Positions 39,786 to 50,994 of a stretch of 64,000 nucleotides of DNA are shown here, piece after piece. The DNA is from Planctomycetota bacterium (GTDB lineage Bacteria > Planctomycetota > UBA11346). The notes beneath the pieces are model-generated. The model was not told the DNA's origin. It ran no database searches and saw nothing but the letters and a program-made list of their open reading frames with translations. Where the stretch lies: assembly GCA_038231435.1 (NCBI GenBank), contig JBBRLJ010000023.1, positions 28,137 to 92,136 of the forward strand. Reading direction: 5' to 3'. A program made the translations under genes and the position numbers. Every line of letters starts with the position of its first letter. The stretch's first letter is position 1.

Positions 39786-40354
39786 GCGAGCGGCGCAAGC
39801 CGCGCGACGTGTCGCGCATGCGCGGCTATCGCAAGCCGGGGCTCTCTCCCGCCGATGAAGCCGCGCGTTACGATCTCCCCGAGTCCATGTCGCTCGCGGC
39901 GAAGCCGATCGGCGTGGTGCGCTCGCCCTATGTCTGGCGCGACGAGGCGCCGCGTCAGGCGTCGGTCGGCGAGGCGCAGACCGGAGTGATCGTGCTGCGT
40001 CCGGGCATGCAGAACACGCTCGCGTCGCTACTCGGCTTCGACTACCTGTGGGTGCTCTTCTGGTTCCACCATTCGAATGGCTGGAAGCACCAGGTGGTGC
40101 CGCCGCGCGACACGGTGAAGCGCGGAGTCTTCGCCACGCGTAGTCCCGATCGCCCCAATCCCATCGGCATGTCGGCGGTGCGCCTGCTCGCGGTGGTTGG
40201 CACCAAGCTGCGTATCCGCGGCCTCGATCTGCTCGACGGCACGCCGGTGCTCGATCTCAAGCCGTACATCCCCGCCTACGACGCCTTCCCGGATGCGAAG
40301 GCGGGCTGGGTCGACGCGATGAAGGAACCCGGGCCGGATCACCGGTATTCGTAG
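39782..40354 (+). CDS. tsaA: tRNA m6t6A37 methyltransferase TrmO
   Basis: PIGVVRSPY, APRQ, GVFATRSPDRPNPIGMS and DLLDGTPVLDLKPY. Confidence 0.92.
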   Translation: MSERRKPRDVSRMRGYRKPGLSPADEAARYDLPESMSLAAKPIGVVRSPYVWRDEAPRQASVGEAQTGVIVLRPGMQNTLASLLGFDYLWVLFWFHHSNGWKHQVVPPRDTVKRGVFATRSPDRPNPIGMSAVRLLAVVGTKLRIRGLDLLDGTPVLDLKPYIPAYDAFPDAKAGWVDAMKEPGPDHRYS

Positions 40355-40402
40355 GGACGACGGTTGTGATGAAAGGCTGTCCGTCTCTACGTCTCTATCC
40401 CT

Positions 40403-40804
40403 CTAGGCGAAGCGCTTCTTGAAGATCTCCATCTTCTGCTTCGCGATCGCGTTGTGCGCGATGAAGGTTTCGGCCTCGGCCATGGTGCGGTTCCATGCGT
40501 CTGGAAACTTCTGCTTGAGGTGCTGACACTTCACCGCGAACAGGACGCCCTCGCCGCAGTTCTTCGCGAACAGCTCCTCGTGGATGGCTCCGGTATTGGC
40601 GATCGAGAAGGCCATCTCCCAGTAGCTGGTCGCCTGGCGCACGAAGGCGTTCTCGGGGCGCGCGAAATTGGTCGCGAGGTCCTTCGCGTCCGCCGGGGAT
40701 TCGGGATTGAACGACACGAAGAACTTGCGCGCCTCGCGGCACACGCCCTCGCGGCGCAGATCGTAGAGTTTCAGGATCAGTTCGGCATCGGCGGTGGTGG
40801 CCAT
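40403..40804 (-). CDS. Hypothetical helical protein (DUF4760-like)
   Basis: DAELILKLYDLRRE...REAR.FF...SYWEMA. Confidence 0.75.
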   Translation of the reverse strand: MATTADAELILKLYDLRREGVCREARKFFVSFNPESPADAKDLATNFARPENAFVRQATSYWEMAFSIANTGAIHEELFAKNCGEGVLFAVKCQHLKQKFPDAWNRTMAEAETFIAHNAIAKQKMEIFKKRFA

Positions 40805-40943
40805 GATGGAGTCCTCGGGTCGGTGTCCGGGGGATGATGCGCCCGCGTCCGCGCCAGCAAGCGTGTGCCGGCCGCCGTAGGTTGTCCGCTCTCCGCTCTC
40901 CGCTTCCTGCTTCCTGCTCTATCCCTCTTCCCCTTCCCCAGCC

Positions 40944-41936
40944 CTATCCGACCTCCACCGCCGGCTTCGCCATCCCCGGCAGCCACACGATGCGCTCGGG
41001 CCGGATGGTTTCGCCCCTCGCGAATGCGATGGCGTTCTCGGCCGACTGCATCTCCATCGCGTAGCGGCCGTCGTGGCTGCAGCTGCCTTGGTGGCAGCAC
41101 AGGAAGACGTTGGGAAGCTTGGCGAGCGGACCGACGTACGGTTCGTGCCGGTAGACGTCCAGGGCCGCGCCGGCCAGTTTGCCGCTCGTCAAGGCGTCGT
41201 GGAGGGCGTCCTCGTCGAGCACCTCGCCTCGGCAGGTGTTGAGCAGGTAGGCGTCCGGGCGCATGCGTGCGAGACGCTCGCGAGACAGGATGTTCTCGGT
41301 CGCGCGGGTGTAAGGCAGGTGCACGGTGATCGCCAGGCTGCGCGCGAGCAGCTCGTCGAGTGAGACATACGAGACGCCGTGGTGCGCGGCCCACGCGCGG
41401 TCCTCGACGAGGTCGTGGGCGATGACCTCCATGCCGAAGGCGCGGGCCAGCACGGCCACCTGCTTCCCGATGCGCCCGCAGCCCAGGATGCCGAAGGTCT
41501 TGCCCTGCCAGAGCACGCCGGTGAAGCGCTGCCACACGCCGCGGCGCAGGCCTTCGTGGGCCTCGACCAGCCGGCGGCTGAGCGAAAAGAGCAGCCCGAA
41601 GACCTGCTCGACGACGCTGCGCGCCGGAGCTTCCGGGGTGTAGGTGACGGCGATGCCGTTGGCGACGCAGAACGCGACGTCCAATCCATCGAGCCCGACG
41701 CCGACGCGCGCCACGTGCTTCAGGCGCGGCAGGCCGCGCGCCAGTACCGAGGCGGGCAGGGGCTCGGTGCCCGCCAGCAGCACGTCGACGTCGGCGATCA
41801 GCGCACCGGTCTCGTCGGGCGTGTGCTTCCGACGGTGCGGAGATAGCCGCACCGTGAAACCGGCGCTTTCGAGCAGTCGCACCGGATCTGGGCTCGAGAT
41901 GCCATAGGGGTAGCTGGATGATTGTGCGACGGGCAT
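40944..41936 (-). CDS. D-2-hydroxyacid dehydrogenase (phosphoglycerate dehydrogenase-like)
   Basis: RVGVGLDGLD, GILGCGRIG, LLNTCRG and GAALDVYRHEP. Confidence 0.9.
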   Translation of the reverse strand: MPVAQSSSYPYGISSPDPVRLLESAGFTVRLSPHRRKHTPDETGALIADVDVLLAGTEPLPASVLARGLPRLKHVARVGVGLDGLDVAFCVANGIAVTYTPEAPARSVVEQVFGLLFSLSRRLVEAHEGLRRGVWQRFTGVLWQGKTFGILGCGRIGKQVAVLARAFGMEVIAHDLVEDRAWAAHHGVSYVSLDELLARSLAITVHLPYTRATENILSRERLARMRPDAYLLNTCRGEVLDEDALHDALTSGKLAGAALDVYRHEPYVGPLAKLPNVFLCCHQGSCSHDGRYAMEMQSAENAIAFARGETIRPERIVWLPGMAKPAVEVG

Positions 41937-41978
41937 GGGCCCATCCTCGCGCCGTGGAGCGCGAGACAAGACGCCGAC

Positions 41979-42013
41979 AAAAAAAACCGCGCGGGACCAG
42001 CGGTCCCGCGCGG
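41979..42013 (-). terminator. Intrinsic terminator of the AT-hook gene
   Basis: CCGCGCGGGACC-3 nt-GGTCCCGCGCGG with an 8-nt U tract on the minus strand. Confidence 0.85.
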
Positions 42014-42057
42014 CGAGTGCTCACGGTTGTTGAAGCGCGTACTTCAGCGATCGGGCA

Positions 42058-42633
42058 TCACTTCAGCGATTTCAGCACCTTGGCGAGGAACTTCTCGGCC
42101 TTGCGCAGCGAGGCGCTCGCGCGCTTGATCGTTGCGTTCACGCGCTTGCTGATGCTCGCGCCGGCGGACTTCCCCGGCGGGCGGCCGCGCTTGCCGGAGC
42201 CCGGCGGACGGCCACGACGCTTACCGCTGCCCGGAGGACGTCCGCGGCGCTTGCCTGAGCCCGGCGGGCGACCGCGCTTGCCCGGAGGGCGGCCCGGCCC
42301 GCGCTTGCCTGGCGGGCGACCCCGCTTCGCCTTGCCGGCCTTGGCCTTCGCCTTGCCCGGAGGACGCCCACGCTTGCCTGGCTTCTTTTTCCCGGCCTTT
42401 TTTCCCGCGCTCTTGCCGCCGCGCTTCTGCCCTGCGGTCAGCGCGATGGCTTCGGTCTCGCTCATGCCGAGGAACGCCGCGTACTTCCCGATCGAGCGGG
42501 CATTCGGCTTCGCGCTGCCGGCGAGGGCGCTGCGCATCGACGGCAGGCTGACGCCTACCGCGTCCGCGGCTTTGGCCAGCGAGAGGCCCTTGGCGGCGAC
42601 CTTCTGCTTGAGGAGTTCTGAAATGGAAGACAT
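42058..42633 (-). CDS. XRE-like HTH protein with tandem AT-hook-like (RGRPPG) repeats
   Basis: GGAG RBS; KGLSLAKAADAVGVSLPSMRSALAGSAKP HTH; seven GRPPG cores; very Lys/Arg-rich. Confidence 0.88.
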   Translation of the reverse strand: MSSISELLKQKVAAKGLSLAKAADAVGVSLPSMRSALAGSAKPNARSIGKYAAFLGMSETEAIALTAGQKRGGKSAGKKAGKKKPGKRGRPPGKAKAKAGKAKRGRPPGKRGPGRPPGKRGRPPGSGKRRGRPPGSGKRRGRPPGSGKRGRPPGKSAGASISKRVNATIKRASASLRKAEKFLAKVLKSLK

Positions 42634-42880
42634 GGATGCTCCTAGGTGACGGCGCCGCGTCGGCGGTTCACGCAGAGCGCGGAGCGCGGGCACGGCTGGT
42701 TCGCCGGACCGCGGGTGGTGGTGCTGCGGAAATAGTCATTGGGCGACAGTCGCGCCCGCGATGCGCGCCCGGACGCACCCACGCGGATGCGTCCGCGTCG
42801 CTGCTCGATCTGAAAATAGTTTCGCGATGCAGGCGCGAAAAGTGTCATGCGTGGGAAAAATCCGGGATTCATCCGTCCGC

Positions 42881-42909
42881 ACGATATGAAAATACTATAT
42901 TTCGATCAA
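42881..42909 (-). promoter_or_regulatory. Putative sigma70 promoter for the AT-hook gene
   Basis: TTGATC-17 bp-TATCGT on the minus strand within an AT-rich island, with an AT-rich UP-like tract upstream. Confidence 0.5.
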
Positions 42910-43072
42910 GTATAAAATATGTAAGTTCTTTCAGGTCGCGACCACTCACGCGCGGCGGCGGCGTTTGAAACCGCATTCACGGCGCTGCGCGGTCGCCTTC
43001 GGCTCCACGGCGAGCAGGATCGGCGACCAGAAACGCCAATTGCCCGGTCCCGGGCGGCGCTACACCGGACCC

Positions 43073-44938
43073 ATGCCCGGATTCCTCGGCGAAGAACAGG
43101 TGCGCAGGGTCAAGGAGCGGATCGATCTCGTCCAGCTGATGGGGGAATACACCCCGCTGCGGAAATCCGGTTCGCAGTTCACCGGCTGTTGCGCCTTCCA
43201 TCAGGAGCGCACCCCGAGCATGTATGTCTACCCAGAGCAGCAGACCTACCATTGCTTCGGCTGCGGCGCGCATGGGGATGCGATCACCCTGGTGCGTGAG
43301 AAGGAGCGTCTCGAGTTCAGCGACGCCATCGAACTGCTCGCGAAGCGAGCGGGCGTCACCTTGGCCTACGAGAACGAGGACACCTCGAAGCGCAGCGAGC
43401 GCGACCGTCTGCTGCCGCTGATGGAATTGGCCACCGCCTTCTGCGAGCGCACCTTGTGGGAGTCCGACGGTGCGGCCGCGGCGCGCGAATACCTGGCTTC
43501 GCGCAAGCTCACCATCGACACCTGCAAACGATTCCGCCTCGGCTGGGCACCAGGCCGCGGCGCATTCGTCGCCGAGGCGAAGCGCAAGGGCTTCACCAAC
43601 GAATTGCTGCTCAAGGCCGATCTCGCCATCGACCGCAATGGCCAGATCGCTGACCGCTTCTACGAGCGCATCACCTTCCCGATCTGCGACCGTTTCGGCA
43701 ATCCGATCGCGTTCTCCGCCCGTCTGTTGCCAGCAGCTGAGCGCGCGGCGAAGGAGGCCGGCAGGGGGGTGGGCAAGTACGTCAACAGCACCGACACGCC
43801 GCTCTACCACAAGGGATCGGTGGTCTTCAACCTCCACCGCGCACGCACCGCCACCAAGGAGCGTGCGCGGGTCATCATCATGGAAGGGCCCACCGATGTG
43901 ATGGCCGCCGACCAGGCCGGATATGGCGAATGCGTTGCGGTCATGGGCACCGCGCTGACCCCCGAGCACGCCAAGCAGCTCGGCAATCTGGTGGGTGGCG
44001 AGGGCCGCGTGCTGCTGCTACTCGACGGCGACAGCGCCGGGCAGAAGAACAGCATCAAGGCGGTGCGCACCTGCCTGTCGGTGGGCGTGCCGGTCCGGGT
44101 GGCGATGCTGCCCGAGAGCCTCGATCCGGCCGAGCTATTGGCCGAGGAAGGCCGCAGCGACGGCAAGGCGGTGTTCGAGCGCGTGCTCTCGGAGAGCCGC
44201 GCGGACCTCGATCATCTGTTGCGCATGCTGGCGCCGCGGCCCTACGAGATCGACCACCAGCAGCGCCTGGCCGTCGCCGACGAGGTGATCGCGGCCCTGC
44301 GTCCGATGCCTGACGCGGCGCTGCGCTCGCTGCATCTGCGCGACGTGGCCGAGTACTTCCACCTCGAACGCGACTGGCTCGACGCCCGCCTCTCCAGCGC
44401 GCGTCCCGCGGTGGCCGCGGCGCCGGTGTCCGTGGCGGGCGGGCCGGTGCCGGTGGAGATCCCCAGGCTCTCGGCGTCGGAGGACACGCTGCTGCACATC
44501 CTGATGCAGGATAAATCCCTCCGTTCCCACGCGGCGGACGACCTGCTGCTGGAACCCAGCCATTTCCCAGGGCCATGGGCGGCCGTCGCATTCGCGCTGC
44601 TGGCCGAGGGCACCGATGTGACCGCGGCGCTGGAGCTGCCGGAAGTGCATGCGCACGCGGCAATCCGCGACGCCGTATATCGCTGGGTGAACACGCCGCT
44701 CACCGAGCGCCGCCCGGCGATCGGCGACGCCAGGGAGTGCCTGGTCCAGCACATCGCCCGCCTGCGCCTGCGCCTGGCCCAGGACCAACTCCTGCGCGTG
44801 TCGCGCGAGATCGCCGAAGCCACGAAGGCGGGAAGTTCCGAGAAACTCACGGGATTGCGCGGCGAGCAGATGTCGCTCTCGCGTCAGATCCAGGACTTGC
44901 GCGGTCTTTCGGGGGGCGAACTCGCGGATAATCCTTGA
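43073..44938 (+). CDS. dnaG: DNA primase
   Basis: CAFHQERTPS...CFGCG zinc finger, DRFYERITFPI, KYVNS, EGPTD, GTALT and DGDSAG. Confidence 0.97.
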   Translation: MPGFLGEEQVRRVKERIDLVQLMGEYTPLRKSGSQFTGCCAFHQERTPSMYVYPEQQTYHCFGCGAHGDAITLVREKERLEFSDAIELLAKRAGVTLAYENEDTSKRSERDRLLPLMELATAFCERTLWESDGAAAAREYLASRKLTIDTCKRFRLGWAPGRGAFVAEAKRKGFTNELLLKADLAIDRNGQIADRFYERITFPICDRFGNPIAFSARLLPAAERAAKEAGRGVGKYVNSTDTPLYHKGSVVFNLHRARTATKERARVIIMEGPTDVMAADQAGYGECVAVMGTALTPEHAKQLGNLVGGEGRVLLLLDGDSAGQKNSIKAVRTCLSVGVPVRVAMLPESLDPAELLAEEGRSDGKAVFERVLSESRADLDHLLRMLAPRPYEIDHQQRLAVADEVIAALRPMPDAALRSLHLRDVAEYFHLERDWLDARLSSARPAVAAAPVSVAGGPVPVEIPRLSASEDTLLHILMQDKSLRSHAADDLLLEPSHFPGPWAAVAFALLAEGTDVTAALELPEVHAHAAIRDAVYRWVNTPLTERRPAIGDARECLVQHIARLRLRLAQDQLLRVSREIAEATKAGSSEKLTGLRGEQMSLSRQIQDLRGLSGGELADNP

Positions 44939-45157
44939 AGGGAGCCTGTGTGACAGGGAAGATCCAGGATTCACGACGGCTCCCTTAAGGGCTTGCCAGG
45001 ATTTCCCGGACCATAAAATAAAGCCCACTTGACAGCCGCTGGAAAAGCAGTCACCGCGGTGGTGGCGCATCGGTTGGTCGCTCGCGTTTGTGAAACCGGC
45101 CGCCGTCATCCCGCTTTCAGCGCGAGCACGGCGGCCCTTGTGTGAAAAGTCTCCTCG

Positions 45158-46945
<1,788 letters not shown>

Positions 46946-46977
46946 GCACGACGCTCGGTACATCTCGGTAGCCAGCG

Positions 46978-47013
46978 AAAGAGCGGCGCCATCCGGCGCC
47001 GCTCTTTTCTTTT
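46978..47013 (+). terminator. Intrinsic terminator after rpoD
   Basis: AAAGAGCGGCGCC-atcc-GGCGCCGCTCTTT then TCTTTT. Confidence 0.9.
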
Positions 47014-47088
47014 CCACGCCGAGATGGACACATCATCGGGCCGTGTCGACTCAGGCGATTCTCAGGCGAAGCTTCATCGAGTGATGAT

Positions 47089-47883
47089 TCAGGTGATGAG
47101 TGTGAAGGGATCGCCGGTCGGCAGATGGACCACCGGAACCTCGGGGAACCACGCGCGGACGTGGTCCGCGACGTGGACCATCCCGGCCTCTTCGCTCAGC
47201 GCGTGGCCGCATACGATCAGGGCCTTCGGCTTGCCGCCGTCGACCGCGTCGCGGACGTATTCGCAGGTCTCCCACTCGGCGCTCTCACCGCAGAAGACCG
47301 CATCGACGTCGGCGATCGCAAGGTGCTCGATCTGCCGTTGTCCACCGCACGCCCCCGGAAGGAACGCGACCCGGCGGATGGCGGCGTCGAGATCGCCGGC
47401 CACGCGCACTGCGCTCGCGCCGAGGCGCTCGCGGACGTGCGCCGCGACGGCCCGCAGCGTCTTGGCGGGGAACTCGATGATATGCGGGCGATCTGGAAGG
47501 ACGAACGCCCGCCAGTCCAGGGCTTCGAGCATGCCCACCGCGATGGTGTCGGGCCAACCCTGGTGCACGTGGTCGTGCAGGCGCCACACCACCAGGCCCG
47601 CCCGGTCGATGATGCGCTGCTTGTCGGCAAGCACCATGTCATCTCCCAGCCACTCGGTGTGGTCGTGGTGGTTGTAGTACGTCGGCTCATGGGTGATGAC
47701 GAAGTTCGCTCCCACCGCGGCCGCCCGCGTGAGCACCGACCTGCTGGCCAGGAAGGTGACCGCGATGCCGTGCACCTCGCTCGCTGGATCGCCACGGATG
47801 ATGCGATCGCAACCGCCAGGTGGCAACCTGACTGGCAGGCGGGAGACGATGCGCTCGATGGCGTCGAGAACGGTCACGGACAT
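47089..47883 (-). CDS. Nif3-like dinuclear metal-centre protein
   Basis: FVITHEPTYY, RLHDH, GESAEWE and GHALSEEAGM. Confidence 0.88.
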   Translation of the reverse strand: MSVTVLDAIERIVSRLPVRLPPGGCDRIIRGDPASEVHGIAVTFLASRSVLTRAAAVGANFVITHEPTYYNHHDHTEWLGDDMVLADKQRIIDRAGLVVWRLHDHVHQGWPDTIAVGMLEALDWRAFVLPDRPHIIEFPAKTLRAVAAHVRERLGASAVRVAGDLDAAIRRVAFLPGACGGQRQIEHLAIADVDAVFCGESAEWETCEYVRDAVDGGKPKALIVCGHALSEEAGMVHVADHVRAWFPEVPVVHLPTGDPFTLIT

Positions 47884-48033
47884 GGGAGGCCCACCGGGTG
47901 CCCTGGAACGGAGCCCGACACTCTGGGGCTGTGGGAGAACGAGCAAGCCGGCCTGCCCGCTCAACCTTCACTCCTCTCGGGCTAACGCCCACGGAGGGTG
48001 CCGCTATCCTGGATTCCCGCTCGGAGTCACCTG

Positions 48034-48609
48034 ATGGCAAATTTCACGCTCGACGCATCCAGCCTCTCGAACCTGCTCACGGCGCTCGGGCCGCCCGCCT
48101 TTCGCGGCGCCGAGTGCACGGTTACCGACAGCCTGGTGGTGCGTCTCACCGGCATTCGCACCGGCATCACCTTCCTCGGCCGCGCTCTCGGTCATGTCGA
48201 CGCCGAACTCGCGGTGCGCGCGCGCAGGCTCGGTCCGCACGCGATCGAACTCACCTGGGAGCTGGGCGACGTCGCCGGCCTGCCCGGCTCGCTGGTGCGC
48301 ACCATGGCGCGGACCGGTTTCGTCCAACCGCTCCTGCGCAAGCTTCTCGCGAAATTGCGGCTCGCCGCCGCCACCGATGTCGACGACCATGCGATCACCA
48401 TCCACCTCGACCGCCTGCCCTCGGGCCGCGGCGCGGTGATGCCGCTGCTCAGGTGCACGTCCTTCGCCATCCCCGGCCGCCGCGGCCAGGCCGTCACCGG
48501 GGCCTTCGTGGTCGAGGCCTCGGCCCCGAGCCGCCTCGCCGCGCCATCGGCTCCGCCGTCGGCCCCAGCGCCAAAGGCGGCGAAGGCCGCACGGCCACGG
48601 CGCGCCTGA
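48034..48609 (+). CDS. Hypothetical protein
   Basis: GGAG RBS before MANFTLD; fills the gap before the tRNA. Confidence 0.65.
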   Translation: MANFTLDASSLSNLLTALGPPAFRGAECTVTDSLVVRLTGIRTGITFLGRALGHVDAELAVRARRLGPHAIELTWELGDVAGLPGSLVRTMARTGFVQPLLRKLLAKLRLAAATDVDDHAITIHLDRLPSGRGAVMPLLRCTSFAIPGRRGQAVTGAFVVEASAPSRLAAPSAPPSAPAPKAAKAARPRRA

Positions 48610-48666
48610 ACCGTGGCCGGAGCGCCCTGGACGCGTGTCCCTGGGCGATCACGATGGGTGGATCAT

Positions 48667-48753
48667 GGAGGGGTGGCAGAGCGGCTGATTGCGGCGGTTT
48701 TGAAAACCGCTGGACCTGAAAGGGTCCCGGGGGTTCGAATCCCTCCTCCTCCG
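48667..48753 (+). tRNA. tRNA-Ser(TGA), CCA not encoded
   Basis: GGAGGGG/CTCCTCC acceptor, GCGGT-TT-TGA-AA-ACCGC anticodon arm, long variable arm, GGTTCGAATCC, G discriminator. Confidence 0.97.
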
Positions 48754-48764
48754 TACTTTTTTTT

Positions 48765-48925
48765 CAGGGGCTTCGCCCCTACGGCCCGGTGGGCCTACCC
48801 CACGGGCTTTGTCGGGGCTCGATGTCTTCGCTGCGCTGCGACATCGTCGGCGGATCGGCTCCGCCGATTGTATCCGCCGACCGCCCCTCGGCGCCCGGTC
48901 GCTGCGCTCCGGGTTTGAGGCGGCC
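48765..48925 (+). repeat. Structured dispersed repeat, copy C1
   Basis: Full core plus GTCGCTGCGCTCCGGGTTTGAGGCGGCC tail. Confidence 0.95.
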
Positions 48926-48934
48926 GTGTCGCTG

Positions 48935-49055
48935 CGGCCGCCGAGTCCTGGTTTGCGTGAACAATGGGCGTAGCCCATCACGCAAACTTTCTGGCCGCCC
49001 GGCGGACAGAAAGAAGGACGACAAAGGCCGTGGGGGCTCGGGGGCGAAGCCCCCG
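48935..49055 (-). repeat. Structured dispersed repeat, inverted and highly diverged copy
   Basis: Reverse strand reads GGGGCTTCGCCCC..CCCCA-CGGCC-TTTGTCG-TCCT...AGGA-CTCGGC-GGCCG. Confidence 0.85.
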
Positions 49056-49063
49056 CACAAAAA

Positions 49064-49197
49064 GGCCTACCCCACGGGCTTTGTCGGGGCTCGATGTCTT
49101 CGCTGCACTGCGACATCGTCGGCGGATCGGCTCCGCCGATTGTATCCGCCGACCGCCCCTCGGCGCCCGGTCGCTGCGCTCCGGGTTTGAGGCGGCC
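49064..49197 (+). repeat. Structured dispersed repeat, copy C2
   Basis: Near-identical to C1 but lacks the first hairpin. Confidence 0.95.
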
Positions 49198-49244
49198 AAG
49201 CAGCCCCCCGGGGGGGGGGCTTGCACAACAGTCCGAACCGTCGG

Positions 49245-50906
49245 TCATTTCTTGGCGCCAATCGCCCGCGGTTCCTCACGCATCAGCGAAGCCGGTAGGC
49301 GGGGATCGATCGCGATCCCTGGCACGCCGAACCAGCCCGCGTAGGCCTGGTTCATCCAGGCCCCGGGCGCGGGGCCGATGTCGGCGTACGCGATGGTGCT
49401 GGGGAAATCGCGCGGATCCGGCAGCGGCACCTGCACGACGCCGCCGCGGCTGGTGAGCACGGCGGCGTAGCGCAGCAGCCACGATTCGCGCGCCGAGAGC
49501 TCGCGGTCACGCGCGGGTGCGCGTATGGCGAGATCGTAGGCAGCGGTGGGCAGGTTGCCGCAGGCGAGCATGGTCACGGCGACGCCTATGGCCGCGGTCC
49601 CATGCATCCATGGCCGCCCCAGAGCGAGCGCGCGACCCTCGCCCGGGCGTCGCCAGCGCATTGCGGCAAGCACCAGCGCGACGGTGGCGCCGCCTCCGGC
49701 GAGGCGCTCCTCGTCAGAGCTCGACGGAGCCAGCAGCAACCAGACCGACCACGCTGCGCCGGCCGCCAAACCCCAGGGCGCTCGCTCGCGCAGCTCTGTG
49801 ACCAGTTCCGGCCGCCCGGCGAGCCATCTGCCGAGACCGAGCGAGAGGCCGAGCCACGCGGCGGAGATGGCCATGGAGACCGCATCGAGCGCGCGCGGGG
49901 GCACGAATCCCACGACCCACAGAGCCGGGGCGAGCGCCAGCCCGATCGCTCCCCAGGCTGCGACCGCCACGGTCGTCGCCCGCAGCCTGGGACCGGGATG
50001 GGCGAATCCCCAGCACGCCCCCGCCCCCGCCGCGAACCATGGCAGCGGAGCGCAAAGGAAGGCGCCCATGGCGGCGCACGGGGCCCACGCCAGCGTGGCG
50101 AGGGTGCTCCAAGCGTCATGCGGGTGGACGCCGATCTGGCGCAGGCGCACCGCGTTTCCCGGCGCCAACGCCATGATCGCGGCGCCGCACGCCACCGCCG
50201 CGAGTAGACCCAGCCACGGCCATGGCGTGGAGCGCGTCGCGCGCCAGCGCGTCACCCCGCCGAGCAGCACCGCTGCCCCGGTCAGCGCGGTGCAGGTTTC
50301 GGAGCAACTCGCGGCGACGAAACCCGTCGGCATCGCGATGGCGGCGAACCAGACGGCGTGCGGTGCCTCCTGGGCGCGCAGCGCCAGGGCGATCGCGACC
50401 AGGCCCAGCACCCATCCCAGCTGGTAGCACAGCGCGCCGGACAGCCAGTAGACGCCTTCTACCGGGCTCGGCATGGTCGCGAGGGACAGGCAGGCGAAGG
50501 CGGCTCCGGCCGCCAAGGCGCCGCGCCAGGCCAGGTGCCGAGGGAAGAGCGCGCGCACGAGCGCGGCGGCCGCCAGCGCCGACGCGACCAGCAGGGCGAG
50601 GCCCGTGAGACGGTACACGGCATTTCCCGGCGCCGACATGATCGCCGTGATCAGGGCGATCGGTACCGTTCGTCCGGTCCAATCGCGGTAGGAATCCACC
50701 TGGGCCCGCAGCCAGCCGTGAGCGCGGGCGTCGCGCGCGCAGGCGAAGTCGTCGGCGGCTGGGTGCACGAACGCGAACAGGCTCGCGAAGACCAGCGCCA
50801 GCGCCACGCAGGCGCAGGCTGGAGCCCAGCGCGCGCGGGGGTGGGTGGCGATCCGAGGGAACGCCACCGCCAACCCGAGGATGCCGATCACGATCGCTGC
50901 GCCCAT
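49245..50906 (-). CDS. Polytopic membrane protein (DUF6056 / GT-C-like)
   Basis: HPAADDF, YRDWTGR, YWLSGALCY and LAPGNAVR; many TM helices; start uncertain. Confidence 0.75.
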   Translation of the reverse strand: MGAAIVIGILGLAVAFPRIATHPRARWAPACACVALALVFASLFAFVHPAADDFACARDARAHGWLRAQVDSYRDWTGRTVPIALITAIMSAPGNAVYRLTGLALLVASALAAAALVRALFPRHLAWRGALAAGAAFACLSLATMPSPVEGVYWLSGALCYQLGWVLGLVAIALALRAQEAPHAVWFAAIAMPTGFVAASCSETCTALTGAAVLLGGVTRWRATRSTPWPWLGLLAAVACGAAIMALAPGNAVRLRQIGVHPHDAWSTLATLAWAPCAAMGAFLCAPLPWFAAGAGACWGFAHPGPRLRATTVAVAAWGAIGLALAPALWVVGFVPPRALDAVSMAISAAWLGLSLGLGRWLAGRPELVTELRERAPWGLAAGAAWSVWLLLAPSSSDEERLAGGGATVALVLAAMRWRRPGEGRALALGRPWMHGTAAIGVAVTMLACGNLPTAAYDLAIRAPARDRELSARESWLLRYAAVLTSRGGVVQVPLPDPRDFPSTIAYADIGPAPGAWMNQAYAGWFGVPGIAIDPRLPASLMREEPRAIGAKK

Positions 50907-50958
50907 GCCCGCGAGGGTGTCCACGGGTCCGGGTCGACAAGGATGGGCCGAGCGTCTT

Positions 50959-50994
50959 GTCGTCTCCAGCGTCGTCTCCAGCGTCGTCTCCAAC
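50959..50994. repeat. 3 x 12-bp tandem repeat
   Basis: GTCGTCTCCAGC twice plus GTCGTCTCCAAC. Confidence 0.85.

Noticed and set aside
50959..50994. 12-bp triple repeat as a regulatory or phase-variable element
   Set aside because: Only three units with no link to a promoter or reading frame that I can support; kept as a plain repeat feature
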